A stretch of 63,931 bases of DNA, filler included, from Octopus bimaculoides (Eukaryota): assembly GCF_001194135.2 (NCBI RefSeq). It is 7 parts of 6 records of this genome, joined end to end, with 100 filler letters (N's around TTAATTAATTAA, not from the genome) between each part and the next. Parts side by side here need not be neighbours in the genome. Positions count along the whole stretch, not along the records: positions 35,668 to 58,579 come from NC_068989.1; 6 more parts are not named here. One strand, given 5' to 3'. Below are positions 38,601-52,311 of this stretch, one piece after another. Position 1 is the stretch's first letter, and the number at the start of each line of letters is the position of its first letter. The translations under genes and the position numbers were made by a program. The notes beneath the pieces are model-generated. The model ran no database searches, was not told the DNA's origin, and saw only the letters and a list, made by a program, of their open reading frames with translations.

Positions 38601-39899
38601 AGCATGGCAGATATATGATAAAAACATGTCAATACATTAGTATTTTTTGTTTTTTCAGTGTCGAAACATGTATACAGAATATAATGTATTGTATCAAAAT
38701 ATTCCTCATCCATTCCTTTATTGGTATACAAAAAAAAAAAAAATCAAGTCCGTACACTTAATACAATGAAATAGTGGATGCTCATGTTTTNNNNNNNNNN
38801 NNNNNNNNNNNNNNNNNNNNNNNNNNNNNNNNNNNNNNNNNNNNNNNNNNNNNNNNNNNNNNNNNNNNNNNNNNNNNNNNNNNNNNNNNNNNNNNNNNNN
38901 NNNNNNNNNNNNNNNNNNNNNNNNNNNNNNNNNNNNNNNNNNNNNNNNNNNNNNNNNNNNNNNNNNNNNNNNNNNNNNNNNNNNNNNNNNNNNNNNNNNN
39001 NNNNNNNNNNNNNNNNNNNNNNNNNNNNNNNNNNNNNNNNNNNNNNNNNNNNNNNNNNNNNNNNNNNNNNNNNNNNNNNNNNNNNNNNNNNNNNNNNNNN
39101 NNNNNNNNNNNNNNNNNNNNNNNNNNNNNNNAAAAGGAGATTTCTGGATGGGCTTCTTTCTAATACATTATCCGTTGATGTTTTGAAAATTTTGTGCTAC
39201 TTAATATTAAATTAATCGGGCAACCGTACCATGAAGATGGATCGTACGCTTTTATCACCCGCAGTTATCTCCCTTAGTTTACTTTATTTGCACATTTGTC
39301 TCTCTTCTGTTAACCAAGTTTTGTTTTAATTATCTTTTATCTACCCTCGGTAGTGTCGTGGTATCTCTTGCCGTGCGATGGGGAACCGGTGTGTGTGTGT
39401 GTGTGTGTATGAATGAGGTGGCGGCGTCGATTCCTGACTGTAGAGACTAACTGAAAGAGGGATAGATAAAAGCCCTAGCATTCAGTTATGTCCCTTTATC
39501 TGCTAATTTCAAATCCCATTGAGGTAAATTTTTGTCATTCACCAGTGATAAAAAAAATATGTACCAGTGAAGCAGTGAGGTGGGTTTAATAGCTAGTACT
39601 TTTCATAAAAAATTGTAGCTTTGTATCTGTATTACAGAAATCAATATCTTTTATATTTCATTAGGGCACACATGGTGAAGACGTAACCCCCCTCCCCCCA
39701 TAGCCGAAAACGTGGGTTTCTGCCATGTGTGCCCTGTCTCCATTAGGAGACACCCCATGTTAACAAATTCAAAAGTTATCTTAAATTTGCTTTAGTCACT
39801 AAGTCAATTAGGCAGTACAGGTAGGTGTCATACATACATAAACAGTATCATCATCATCATCAACTGCTATTAGGGCAAAGGAGATACTGCAGAAAGAAG

Positions 39900-41110
39900 C
39901 ATGTATAGAGACATTAAATTGATGAACCAGGTTATAAATACAACAGAAGGAGTTACAGCACAATTCATTAGGAACAAAATATAATTAGATGACATGTTAA
40001 ATTTGTGTCTTGGTGATGCTCTCTTCCTAGTGTGATGATTACAGAAAGTTCTTAGCTAAGGGCAAGCTGCAATTCCTAATTTTCATTGTTCTGGAGAAAG
40101 ATTTTGTAGTCCGTTGGTTACTAAGAATTCTGTGTGTCAATGAATGTCTTGCGAGAGCTGTGCAAGGCACATGTAGAGATGCTGTCAGTAAAGTGAAAGT
40201 TAGCAATGTGTCCAACTAGAAGTTTATTGTACAGGTAGGTGTTCATCAGGTTTCAGTTCTAAATCTCCACCTGTTTAATGTAGCTGTTCAGAAGAGATTC
40301 AGACCAACTGCCACAGCTAAATCTGTTGAAAATTCAGAAGAGAAATTCCAGATGTAGAAACAAAACCTAGAATTGAAGAACTTTAGAGTAGACTTAGTAA
40401 AGATAAAAATTTGGGCACAAAAGAAGCCAAAACTGGCCATGCTCAATATGCAGAAGAGGACTAGGGAAGATCTCTGCACTTGATACCAAATGTACACTAT
40501 AGGTGCACAAGGAATGCAGTGTAATGTCAGGCAGGTTGACAGTGAGTAAAATCTTTGTTTGTAGTAGATGTACAGAATTAGTAATAAGAGCACCCATGAA
40601 ATACTTTCAAATGTTTTGAAGCCTTCCTAGACATTGTTGTCTGTTATTTTAATGATTGAATCATTGATGGAGGTAGGCGTTCTGAAAACATTTAGCCAAG
40701 TGAAAAAAGGGAGTGGGGGAAAGGTTCAAGGAATTATTACCTCTATTGGCAACAAAGGGGATTCTCTATCCTGGTAAAGGGTAAATCGTATGATGCTTGT
40801 GTATAAAGTATGATGTTGTATGGTAGCCAAACATGACTGCAAAGGATGTGTAACTGCTGAAAAGAAATGAAGCAAGCATGTTCTGCTGTATGTATAATGT
40901 TAGTGGGCTTGGAAGATAGTATGAATGAACTCAGAAAATTGCTGGATATAAGACAAATTAGGTTTAGAGTGCAAGAGAGAAGATTGTACTAGCACATGAT
41001 GTTTGGGTAAGGAAATGCTGGAAGCTGACCTTAAGGGGCTAAACCTGACAAAAGTCCACAGCAAATTGGTGAGATACTGTGTCAGAAAATTCACTGTCAC
41101 AGCCATCTAA
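39900..41110 (+). mobile_element. Decayed RTE LINE RT region in a MED19 intron
   Basis: Residual motifs KFLAKGK...LEK.F, EKFQ...LELKNFRVDLVKIKI, KG.SYDACV.SMMLYGS, RLGLECKRED, LEADLKGLNL; many stops and frameshifts. Confidence 0.65.
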
Positions 41111-41341
41111 TCAAGGAAGAGTTGACACAAAATAGCTGTGTGGTGTTAATGCTTTACATTTAGCACACTGCATTTTCTCTAGAATTGTTTCCCCTGCCAC
41201 TGCCCTGTTACTATAGGAGAGAAAACTCATATGATGACATGATGCACCTGCAGTGTGCTAAGGGTTAAGTTATTTATTCATGTTTAATGTATCTTTTAAT
41301 CAGTTATCCTGAATTATTCATGTGTAAATTCTCTGTTGCAG

Positions 41342-41450
41342 CTTCCTGAGCAATATCGCTTTCTGAATCAGACGCCACAGAAAAAGAAACACAAACACAA
41401 AAAGAGTAAGAAAGAAGGCGGCAAAGATGGTAATTCGCAAGAGATCCAAG
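41342..41450 (+). CDS. MED19: MED19 internal exon
   Basis: Acceptor ctctgttgcag| and donor G|gtaaga. LPEQYRFLNQTPQKKKHKHKKSKKEGGKDGNSQEIQ(G) matches MED19 LPEQ..L....PKKKxKHKHK. Confidence 0.95.
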
Positions 41451-42084
41451 GTAAGAAGCTGCACTAACAACTTATTTTTATCTATATTTGAGAATTAATT
41501 AGTGGAAAACAATAGAATATTTCTTTAATCAATTGTATAATAAGTAAGCTTTTTTTTTGTCAGTTTAGAAATATAACAAAATATTAGAACAAAATTGGTT
41601 TTAGTTATTTCATGCTCAGGCAGAAAGCCACTTCTTTCAATACTGCTCACCTCCTCAGATGAGGAATCTTGTTTTGCAAGCTAAATGTTGACCTCAGCTG
41701 CTGGTATCATGTAATAAGCACTCAATACACTCTGTAAGGATTACAATAAGACACACATACATATATATGCATGTGCATATATATATAGAATGGGCTTCTT
41801 TTAGACTCTGTCTTCCAAATCCACTCACAAGGCAAGGCTTTATTTAGTCAGCCCAGGACTGTAGAAGAAGACATTTTGCCAAAGGTGCTATTGAATGGGA
41901 CTGAACTTGAAACTACATTATTCTTCAGAGCTAACGGAAAACTTAACCTTCTATACCAAACCTGTTCCATACCCTTAAAAACACTGAAAAGCTGCAGCAA
42001 ATAATTTCTCTTTTTTCTGTTTGTTTAAGGTTTAGGTGTTATTAGATTTAATAAAAGTGAGGTCTACTTTGAACTATAGATAGT

Positions 42085-42470
42085 CATCATCGTCATCATT
42101 TAACGTCTGTTTTCCCTGCTGGCATGGGTTGGAGAGCTTGACAGGAGCTGCCAAGTCAGAGGACTGCACCAAGCTCCACCATCTATTTTGGCATGGTTTT
42201 ATGGTTGGATGCCCTCAATGCCAACCACTTTACCGATGTGACTGGGTGCATTTCACATGGTACCAGCACTGACAAGGTCTGTTTCCCCATGGTTTTGCAG
42301 CTGGATGCTCTTCCTAATACCAACCACTTTACAGAGTGGACTGGGTGCTTTTCGTGTGGCACTAGTACAGGCGAGGTCTGTTTTAGTATGGTTCTTATGG
42401 CTGGATGCCCTTCCTAATGCGAACCACTTTATGGAGTGCAGTGGGTGCTTTTTATGTGGTGCCAGCAAGA
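42085..42470 (-). mobile_element. RTE-type 3' tail element with three internal tandem copies of a ~80-nt unit
   Basis: gctggatgccc...aaccacttt...gactgggtgc occurs three times after (cat)n-ttaacgtctgttttccctgctggcatggg. Confidence 0.75.
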
Positions 42471-43627
42471 GATGATTAGTTCTAAAGGGAAACAGTTCTC
42501 AGGAGTGGTCAAAGTGGTTGATACAGGAATTTGGAAGTAAGACACCACTACCATAACATTGAAGAAAAGGTGGTTGGTTTGAAGAGTTGGCTTATGTAGA
42601 AGTGATTTGAGAAGCAAAGATGAGACAGAATGGAAAAAAAAAAAAAAAATTTATGTTTATCTATTTGCTGATCAGTTTGGGGAATGAAAGAGTGCTTTAT
42701 CATCTGGATGGCCATATGCTTTTCAAATGTGGGCAAGGTTACATGTTAGTTTTAATTTGAAGATGAAGTAAAGGAAAATGCACACGCATTGTCCATAGCT
42801 TTTTGCAGGCTCATCTTAGCTGACGATGTTGATTTAATTACTGTTCCAGTTGATGCCTGGAGGGAAAATATGGGATAGACAAGAGGTATGGGAAGAAAGA
42901 AAGAACTGGGGGAAAATGTTTTGTGTAGTTTGGAAAACAAAACAAGGATGAAGAAAAAGCAGGAAAGCATTAAGTCAGTTTGGTCTCTGTGATTCTGTCT
43001 TATCTGGTAGCCATGAAGTCTTGAGATTGGCTACAGTAGGGGGAATGCAGAGTGGACTTGGGTAGGGTATACTAGTTGTTGTTCCTCTTCACTTACCTCA
43101 TGTGGTGTACGTCTATACATAGTGTATGGACGTACTCTGCATAAGTGTCAGCATGGTGGTAGGGTTAAAAAAAGAAGTGTCCTGGAACCACTTGGTTCTG
43201 AGTTTGATTTCCATGCATGATACTTTGAGCAAGTGTCTTCTGTTATATCTTCAAGTTGATTTACATTTTGTGAATGGAATCTGGTTGATAGAAATCAGCT
43301 GAATCTCTCTTACATATATATACTGTATATGTATATATATATATATAATTAACATAATATGATAAAAATTCGATATTAATTAATATCAATTTAATACCAG
43401 GAAACTAGCACATTAAAAGAATCAGAAGGTTCTTGAAAAAATTTTTCGAGATCCTAAAACGATTATAGTACTTGTGTATATAAGATTGACCAGTGACCGG
43501 TCTGTCAAAATGCTAGAAGAAGCTCACTTAAAAAGTTCTCAAATACGGATTCAGCGGAGCAAAAACAGGCGGGCTAGACCAGTGAAAATTGTACATACCT
43601 CGATTATCTGCAGACTATAGTCAATCT

Positions 43628-43658
<31 letters not shown>

Positions 43659-44649
43659 ATATGCATATACAGTAATCCCTCAACTGTCTTGGGTATTACG
43701 TTCTGAAATCCCCCACGATAGGTGAAGATCCACGAAGTAGAAACAGTACTGTATTCTTTTATTCTCTTCCTTGTTTCAGTCATCTAACTGCAGCCATGCT
43801 GGAGCACCGACTTTACTCAAGCAAATCGACCCCAGGTCTTATTGTTTGTAAACCTAGTACTTATTCCATTGGCCTCTTTTGCCGAACTGCTAAGTTCCGG
43901 AAACGTAACAACACTAGCATTGGTTGTCAAGCAACATATACAACTAGCTTCTTTCAGTTGTATGTTTTTTAAAAATTATTTTTATAATTTGTATATATGT
44001 ATTTTATTATAAATGCAAAACAACACCACGGAGAATTCAACATAAGCTTAAATAATAAACCACAATAGGTGAACTGCGATATATATATTGATATGCACGG
44101 GTGCATGTGAGACACCGTTCGACAAACAGAATCAATTATATAAGTACTGGGGTCGATATAATCCTTGTCACTGTGTCTCAATTTGGTCATTATAATTGAA
44201 ACCAGTAAAAAAAATTTAAAAAAAAAGAATTAAAATATATGAAAAGTAGACAAAAATTTATTGCTTTCTCGAATACCATTTTGGGGAGGCAACTCATATT
44301 AAAGAAAAGATAAGGATCAGAGTTGTCTCTCTTTAGAATTTTAACGCTAATTATGTGGTGCATGTGTCTATCACTTGAAAAGAGTGATACGGAGACTTGG
44401 TTGCTATTTTCTAGCCTGTTGAGGATCAGTCAATGACTCTGTGTTATTAATATCATTAGCTATAATTGACTGAGACAAAATTAATCTGTAGTGGCTTTCT
44501 TCTGTTGCTAAAGGTGGCTAAGAAATTGCTTACATTTATGTATAAGTGTGGTGTAACTTTTTCATGCATATGTTCTGAAATGGATACTACTTTAGCGTGT
44601 CTACAATTTAAAGGGAGATTACTTTAGGTTACTATTTTGTTTACTTTTC

Positions 44650-44830
44650 AATTTCTAAAAACCTTCAAGATGTTGGCTAAAGAATTTTACAATGTGATCA
44701 GTGATGTGACAAAGGCAGTTGCAATTTTACGAAGAAATGGCTTTTTAGAAGATGAAGAAAATGTTGCATCATGTCATCGTTGTGGTGGAGAAATGAAGAG
44801 AAGGGAAAAACGGCGAAATTTTGCCAACTT
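44650..44830 (+). mobile_element. Possible Merlin/IS1595-like transposase N-terminal remnant
   Basis: EFYNVISDVTKAVAILRRNGFLEDEENVASCHRCGGEM resembles the Merlin N-terminal A..L...G.L...C..CG..M Zn-ribbon. The DDE domain is absent. Confidence 0.4.
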
Positions 44831-44923
44831 TACTTTGCTAAACTCGTGGTTGCCACTCTTATGTGATCTATGCACTTATTTTAATTATTATATTGTTTAT
44901 TCTTTACTAAGACATAAATGAAA

Positions 44924-45255
44924 CATCATCATCATCGTCGTTTAACGTCCGCTTTCCATGCTAGCATGGGTTGGACGATTTGACTGAGGACTGGTGAAAC
45001 CAGATGGCTACACCAGGTTCGAATCTGATTTGGCAGAGTTTCTACAGCTGGATGCCCTTCCTAACACCAACCACTCCGAGAGTGTAGTAGGTGCTTTTAC
45101 GTGCCACCGGCACGAAGGCCAGTCAGGCGGTACTGGCAATGGCCACGCTCAAAATGGTGTATTTTACATGCCACCTGCACTGGAGCCAGTTCGGCGGCAC
45201 TGGCAACGATCTTGCTCGAATGTCTTTACACGTGCCACCGGCGCAAGTGCCATGG
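44924..45255 (-). mobile_element. Young RTE-type 3' tail element
   Basis: (cat)n cgtttaacgtccgctttccatgctagcatggg... followed by tandem tgccacc-containing units; about 98% identical to the inverted copy at 46878-47083. Confidence 0.9.
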
Positions 45256-45508
45256 TTTTATCATTATCAAACTAGTAATAATTTTGAAAAAAATATATTT
45301 ACAATGCTAAGTATGTACAAAAGAATTTATAAAAAAAAAAATTAGAAATTGAAAAGTAAGCTAAAAAGTAATCTAAAATAATCTCCCTTTAGATTGTAGA
45401 TCACAGGCCAAAGTAGCACCCTTAAATGTATATGTAATGTAACATTGTAACAGTGCTGTGCTCTATAATGTTTATTAATTCTGAAATAATGTTTTCATCT
45501 CTTTCAAG

Positions 45509-45606
45509 GAGAAAATTCTTCTGATACTGGTCATGATAAAAAGAAGAAAGTGAAACGATCGGACGAAGAGAAAGAGAAAAAGAAACGGAAAAAGAAAAAG
45601 AAGAAG
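45509..45606 (+). CDS. MED19: MED19 Lys-rich exon
   Basis: Acceptor catctctttcaag| and donor AAG|gtaata. (G)ENSSDTGHDKKKKVKRSDEEKEKKKRKKKKKK; phase 1 in and phase 0 out, consistent with the neighbours. Confidence 0.9.
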
Positions 45607-46762
45607 GTAATATTTAGAGATATTTATTTATCTGTTACCTGCACAAAAGGTTGGATCCTGCATGTGTGGCACTTTGGGATCTCACTATATTCTTGGCTTG
45701 GTCAGTGCCTTATGAATGGAATTTAGATGGTTGGAAAACTGTGCAGAATCCCATTGTCTGTATATGAGTGTATATTTCTATAGCTTTGGTCAACCAACAA
45801 TTCTTGAGTGAATTTGATAGATGTAAACTGTGCAGCAGCCCATCGTGTGTGTGTGTGTGTGTGTGTATGCGTGTGGTTTGTTTATGTCCCCATATCTGAA
45901 TGGTTTGACAAAAGAAACTGATAGAATAAGTACCAGACTTAAAAATATGTACTGGGGTCAGTTGTTCAACTGAATCCATCAAGGATGTGCTCCAGCATGG
46001 GGGCACATCCTTGAAACAAGTAAAAGTTAAGACACACACACACAACTCTGTCATCCTCTACTTCATTTTCTCTTCCTGTCTTCTTCCCTCNNNNNNNNNN
46101 AGACACACACACACAACTCTGTCATCCTCTACTTCATTTTCTCTTCCTGTCTTCTTCCCTCAGCTTCTTCAACTCCTCAAAACCCTTTCATCTCTTGTCC
46201 ACCTCCATGACCCTCACACCTCTCTTTCCTGAAATCCCTTTCTCCAGATCCTTGTCACCTCACTTCTTGTTTTTTCTTTCATGCCCCCTTTCTCCCTACC
46301 TTCAGTGCATATTCACCCTTTCAACATTGGATAGCCCTACACATCCCGCCTTATCATCCTTTCACCTCCCTCTTTTTCTCACTAATCTCTGACACTAATC
46401 CCTTCCATTTCCCCTCTCCCTTCTGTAATCCTTCCTTCAGTAGTAACTACTCTGTTCTTCTTGCCACAACCAGCTACTCACAGTTATAAACCTTTCTTTC
46501 ATCACACTTTCTCCTCATCATTCTACCTAGAATCATTGCACCCTTTCTCCCTTCCTTCTATTATAGAGGTCACTTAGTTTACAAGTTGCAAGGAGGCAAC
46601 ATCTCTAATGATGGTGCTGCAAAAAACGAAAAAGCATCCAGTACACTGTAATGTAGTTGGCTTCAGGATGGGCATCAAGCTGTACAAACCATCCAAATGT
46701 AGTTCTCTGATTCATTGGATCCTGTTAAACCATCCAACCCATACCAGTTTGGAAGATGGATA

Positions 46763-47109
46763 TTAACCGTTTAGTGTTCAGATTACTCTGTCAAATATCT
46801 CGTGGCTTTGAGATTTTGATGATGTGATTGTTTATTCTAAGAATGACATTGTAGGGTACGTGTGACATACCAGATCTTGGCCTTCGTGCCGGTGGCACGT
46901 AAAAGCACCCACTACACTCTCGGAGTGGTTGGCGTTAGGAAGGGCATCCAGCTGTAGAAACTCTGCCAAATCAGATTCGAACCTGGTGTAGCCATCTGGT
47001 TTCACCAGTCCTCAGTCAAATCGTCCAACCCACGCTAGCATGGAAAACGGACGTTAAACGACGACGATGATGATGATGATGATAGCTAGTCTAAATGCTA
47101 AAAGGTTAA
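46763..47109 (+). mobile_element. TTAA-flanked MITE carrying a nested RTE-type tail element (46878-47083)
   Basis: Left end TTAAccgtttagtgttcag; right end aaatgctaaaaggTTAA. The internal sequence matches the 36933 MITE and is interrupted by the RTE-tail copy. Confidence 0.8.
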
Positions 47110-47122
47110 AAGAGTGTGTGTA

Positions 47123-47164
<42 letters not shown>

Positions 47165-49744
47165 NNNNNNNNNNNNNNNNNNNNNNNNNNNNNNNNNNNN
47201 NNNNNNNNNNNNNNNNNNNNNNNNNNNNNNNNNNNNNNNNNNNNNNNNNNNNNNNNNNNNNNNNNNNNNNNNNNNNNNNNNNNNNNNNNNNNNNNNNNNN
47301 NNNNNNNNNNNNNNNNNNNNNNNNNNNNNNNNNNNNNNNNNNNNNNNNNNNNNNNNNNNNNNNNNNNNNNNNNNNNNNNNNNNNNNNNNNNNNNNNNNNN
47401 NNNNNNNNNNNNNNNNNNNNNNNNNNNNNNNNNNNNNNNNNNNNNNNNNNNNNNNNNNNNNNNNNNNNNNNNNNNNNNNNNNNNNNNNNNNNNNNNNNNN
47501 NNNNNNNNNNNNNNNNNNNNNNNNNNNNNNNNNNNNNNNNNNNNNNNNNNNNNNNNNNNNNNNNNNNNNNNNNNNNNNNNNNNNNNNNNNNNNNNNNNNN
47601 NNNNNNNNNNNNNNNNNNNNNNNNNNNNNNNNNNNNNNNNNNNNNNNNNNNNNNNNNNNNNNNNNNNNNNNNNNNNNNNNNNNNNNNNNNNNNNNNNNNN
47701 NNNNNNNNNNNNNNNNNNNNNNNNNNNNNNNNNNNNNNNNNNNNNNNNNNNNNNNNNNNNNNNNNNNNNNNNNNNNNNNNNNNNNNNNNNNNNNNNNNNN
47801 NNNNNNNNNNNNNNNNNNNNNNNNNNNNNNNNNNNNNNNNNNNNNNNNNNNNNNNNNNNNNNNNNNNNNNNNNNNNNNNNNNNNNNNNNNNNNNNNNNNN
47901 NNNNNNNNNNNNNNNNNNNNNNNNNNNNNNNNNNNNNNNNNNNNNNNNNNNNNNNNNNNNNNNNNNNNNNNNNNNNNNNNNNNNNNNNNNNNNNNNNNNN
48001 NNNNNNNNNNNNNNNNNNNNNNNNNNNNNNNNNNNNNNNNNNNNNNAAAAAAAAAAAAAAAAAAAACTCAAGCCATTTTGCTGATATACATATTGTGGTG
48101 GATAATAGCATTACTTCATTTCTCTACATAGCAATCATTCAGTAAATGAAATCAATAAAAGAATAAAAACAAAGAAAAGCAGAATTATAATAAATTAACA
48201 GCAATATTTTAATTTCTTTATATTAAAATTATCTCCCCTTTTCGTAGACTTGCTAACAATTGCTGCTAGGTTTTTGTCCTCTTTCTTCAACTGAGAAGAT
48301 TTTAGTCAGGAATTTGCATATTGGCATTCAGTATATCACTTCTTATTTATTCAAATTTTTGTCATTGATTTATTTGAGTTAGTTCCCTTTGCTCATTTTC
48401 TAAAATTATTTTAGTTATGCAAATTATATTAGCCATAACTTATTCTACATGTAAAATTCTTTGTCAACTGATCAACAAACAGGCTTGAGTGGACTATGCT
48501 ATGCTGATAAGGTGTAATTGGCTGGAACATGTACATAGTTATCCCTTCCTGGCAAATAAAGGTTATATTTGTTGTTTCATCCTATTCACATAGAAAAAAC
48601 TTTAAGAGATTTAAATTAAAATCATTACTGAGGTCAATATGAAGGAGGTGCTCCAGCATGGCCACAATCGAATGCATGAAATTAGAAAAAGAATAAAGTA
48701 GAAAGCATCAATGATAAATAAATTAGATTAATTGTGAAAAATTAATTCCTTGAAATTATCTCCCTTGTAACAGTTGCCAAATATATTCCTGTGTCACTTT
48801 CCATTATAACTTTGAAAATATAACTGTTAAAATTGAACTGCACTCTTCAAAACTTGCACTAAGAATAAGGACAAGGTAAAATTACTACCTGCTTTTGTAG
48901 TAAGTTGCTGCAAGTAGTTTATCCTTTCCCCCTCCGACTTTTAGTTCATGCAATCGAAAAGAAAAATATGCATTATTTATGATATGACATAATATATGTA
49001 TATGTGTATGTGTTTGTCCCCATCACCATTTGACAACCATTGTTGGTTTGCTTACATCCCATAACTTAGCAGTTCAGCATAAAGACACTGTTAGAATAAT
49101 TATCAGGCTTTAAAAAATTCGACCTTTAACTGTCTTCTTACATCTCATTTCCTCTATATATATCTTTTTCCATGCTTTTAAGCTTTATTCCCATTCATCT
49201 TTCACCCTATATTTCTCCATTCTTTCTTTCTCCTCCTTCTCTAAATTACCTTTGATATTAAATCTATTAACAGTTTTTAAAAGAATAACTTCCCAGTGTT
49301 CCCTTCATCATATATGCAGTAATCACATTTGATTAAAATGGCTTATTGATGTGTTTTTTTTGTTGTTTTTTTACCTTGACAAGATGATTATATTGTTTTA
49401 CATCATTTTTATTCCCTCCAGAATAATATCAATGCTTTCTTCGAAACATATGTTGGAAGTATAATTGATTTGAATAACACCTCTGTTTGACTCCATTTCT
49501 TAATTTATCTATGTGATACAAAAACATTTCACTCAACCCCGGAATTTCTACTTTTATAAGTAGGCTGTAATATCCTTGGCACTTTTGTGAATTTTTGGTA
49601 CCCTGTTAACTATTTATTTATTTNNNNNNNNNNNNNNNNNNNNNNNNNNNNNNNNNNNNNNNNNNNNNTATATATATATATATATGTATATAAATGAATA
49701 TCAATATCTGTGGATGTATATATTTAAATTTTCTTCTATTTCAG

Positions 49745-49801
49745 AAACACAGTCCAGAACATCCATTGTCTGTTCCATCATCATCGGATATTACTCTTTG
49801 A
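49745..49801 (+). CDS. MED19: MED19 terminal coding exon
   Basis: Acceptor ttcttctatttcag|. KHSPEHPLSVPSSSDITL*, with TGA at 49799-49801; matches the MED19 C-terminal RHSPDHP motif. Confidence 0.88.
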   Translation, partial: KHSPEHPLSVPSSSDITL

Positions 49802-49964
49802 GTGCCACCATTACCATTGAATTTTTACCATATTCTCTGAGCAACAAATTTAATCAAATGGTTATTTTCTTTTTTTTTTTCTCCTTGAACTACCAACTCT
49901 GTGGGATTTTTTTTTAACTGTATGTCTTGTCTAACTAATTGCATTATTATTATATTTATTATTA

Positions 49965-50820
49965 TGAACCAGCAGAATTGTTAGCATGTTGGACAAAATA
50001 CTTATTCACATTTTTTTGTCTGTCTTTGCATTCAGAGCTCAAATTAAGCCAAAGTCAACTTTGCTTTCATTCTTTCAGGGTTGATAAAATATGTACCCAT
50101 TACATACTAGAGTTGATGTAATTGACTTCCCCTCCCCTCAAATACTGTTGGCCTTGTGCCATAATTTGAAACCATCATCATTATTATTATTTTTATTATT
50201 ATTATTATTATGAGGTGGCAGAATTGTTACCAATCCAGACAAAATGCTTACTGGTATTTCGTCCTTCATTACGTTCTGAGTTCAAATTCTGCTGAAGTGG
50301 ACTTAGTGTGTCATCCTTTTGGGGTTGATTAAATAAAGTACCAGCTGAACATTGGGATCAGTATAATCGCCTAGCCCCCTCCCCTAAACTTTCAGGCATG
50401 TAGTAGAAACAATTATTTTTATTACGAACTGGCAGAAACATTAATTCATGCTTCCAGCTGTAACATTCTGATTTCAAATTCAGCCAAGGTGGACTTTGCT
50501 TTTCATCCTTTTTGCGGTTGATAAAATACCTAACCTAGCAGTTTAACACTTGGGTTGATCTGATCAACTTATCTTCTCATTTAAAATTGGTAGCCTTGTG
50601 CCAAAATTTGAAACCTTTATTATTGGCAATCTGGCAGAATCATTAGCTTGCTGGGCAGAATGCTTAGCAGCATTTCGTCTATCTTTACGTTCAGTGTTCA
50701 AATTCCGCCGAGGTTGACTTTGCCTTTTATCCTTTTGGAGTCGATAAATCAAGTACCAGTGAAACACTGAGGTTGATGCAATCGACTAATCCCCTCTCCC
50801 ACAATTTCAGGCCTTGTGTC

Positions 50821-50852
<32 letters not shown>

Positions 50853-52277
50853 CATCATCATCATCATTATATAAGATGGAGAGCTGGCAGAATCATTAGC
50901 ATTCTGGACAAAATGCTTAGCAGCATTTCATCTGTCTGTACATTCTGAGTTCAAATTCTGCTGAGGTTGACTCAGCCTTTCATCCTTTTGAAGCTGATAA
51001 AATAAGTACCAGTGAAACACTGGGGTTGATGTAATCAACTTATGCCTTCCTCTAAACCTTCAGGCCTTGTACCCACAGTAGAAAGGATTATTATTATTAT
51101 CATATGCGGGCAGCAGGTTAATCAGAGAAAATGCTTTGCAGTATTTCTGGCTTTTCATGTTCTTAATTCAAATCCTGTTGGGATTATATATGCTTTACAT
51201 TCCTCTGGGGTCGACTGTATAACCTGATTCACTCCCATCAAAGTCATTGGTCTTGTGCCTAGATTAGAACCCAGTATTAAAATGGTAAGCTGGCAGAATT
51301 GCTAGAGCATTGGAAAAAATGTCTTGCAGTATTTGTTCCAGTTTCAGTTCCGTGCATTTCTGAGTTCAAATTTTGCTGTGGTCAACTTTTCTTTTCATCT
51401 TTTCAGGGCTTGATAAAATATACAGTTAAATTTTAGTGTCAATGGCTTTAGCTTACCTTCTCTCAAAATTTCTGGCCTTGTGTCTAAATCAGAAACCATA
51501 ATAATAATAATAATAATAATAATAATTATTATTATTATTATTATTATTATTATGGTGGTGAACTGGCAGAATTGTTAGCATGTTTGGCAAAATGCTAAGT
51601 GGCATTTTGTTCACCTTTATGTTCTGAGATCAAATATCACTGAGATTGACTTTGCATTCTTTTGGGGTTAATCAAATAAGTACCACTTGAGCACTGGGGT
51701 TGATGTAATCAACTCATCCCCTCCCCCAAAAGTGTTGCCCTTGCAGTAAAATTTGAAACCATTATTAATAATATTCTTAAGGTGGCGAGCTGGCAGAATC
51801 GTTAGCACATTGGGTAAAATGCTTTGCTGCATTTGACCATCTTTACATTCTGAGTTCCAATTCTGCGGAGGTTGACTTTGCCTCTCATCCTTTCAAGGTC
51901 AATGAAATAGTACCAGTTATGCATAGGGTTCAATATAATTGACTAGCCCCATTCCCCAAAATTTCAGGCCTTGTGCCTTTAGTAGAACGGATTATTATTA
52001 TTATTATTATTATTATGATTATTACTAAAGCGGTGAGTTGGCAGATTGGGAGCATTTCTTCCGACTGTTTTTGTTCTGAGTTCAAATTCTGAGTAGGCTA
52101 ACTTTGCCTTTCATCCTTTTAGGGTTAATATACTAAGTACCAGTCAAGCACTCCAAACGTCCTGGCCTTGTGCCTATTGTAGAAAGAATTATTATTGTTA
52201 CTAAGTTGGTGAGATGGGAAAATCATTAGTACACAAAGCAAAATGCCTTTCATCCTTTTTGGAGATTGGTAAAGTAA

Positions 52278-52311
<34 letters not shown>

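Noticed and set aside
39270-39390. Hydrophobic frame LSPLVYFICTFVSLLL as a GPCR TM exon
   Set aside because: It lies inside a MED19 intron, has no good donor and lacks class C motifs; T-rich DNA yields such frames by chance.
46030-46160. Exact ~60-bp direct repeat on both sides of a 10-N gap
   Set aside because: Typical unmerged contig overlap artefact.
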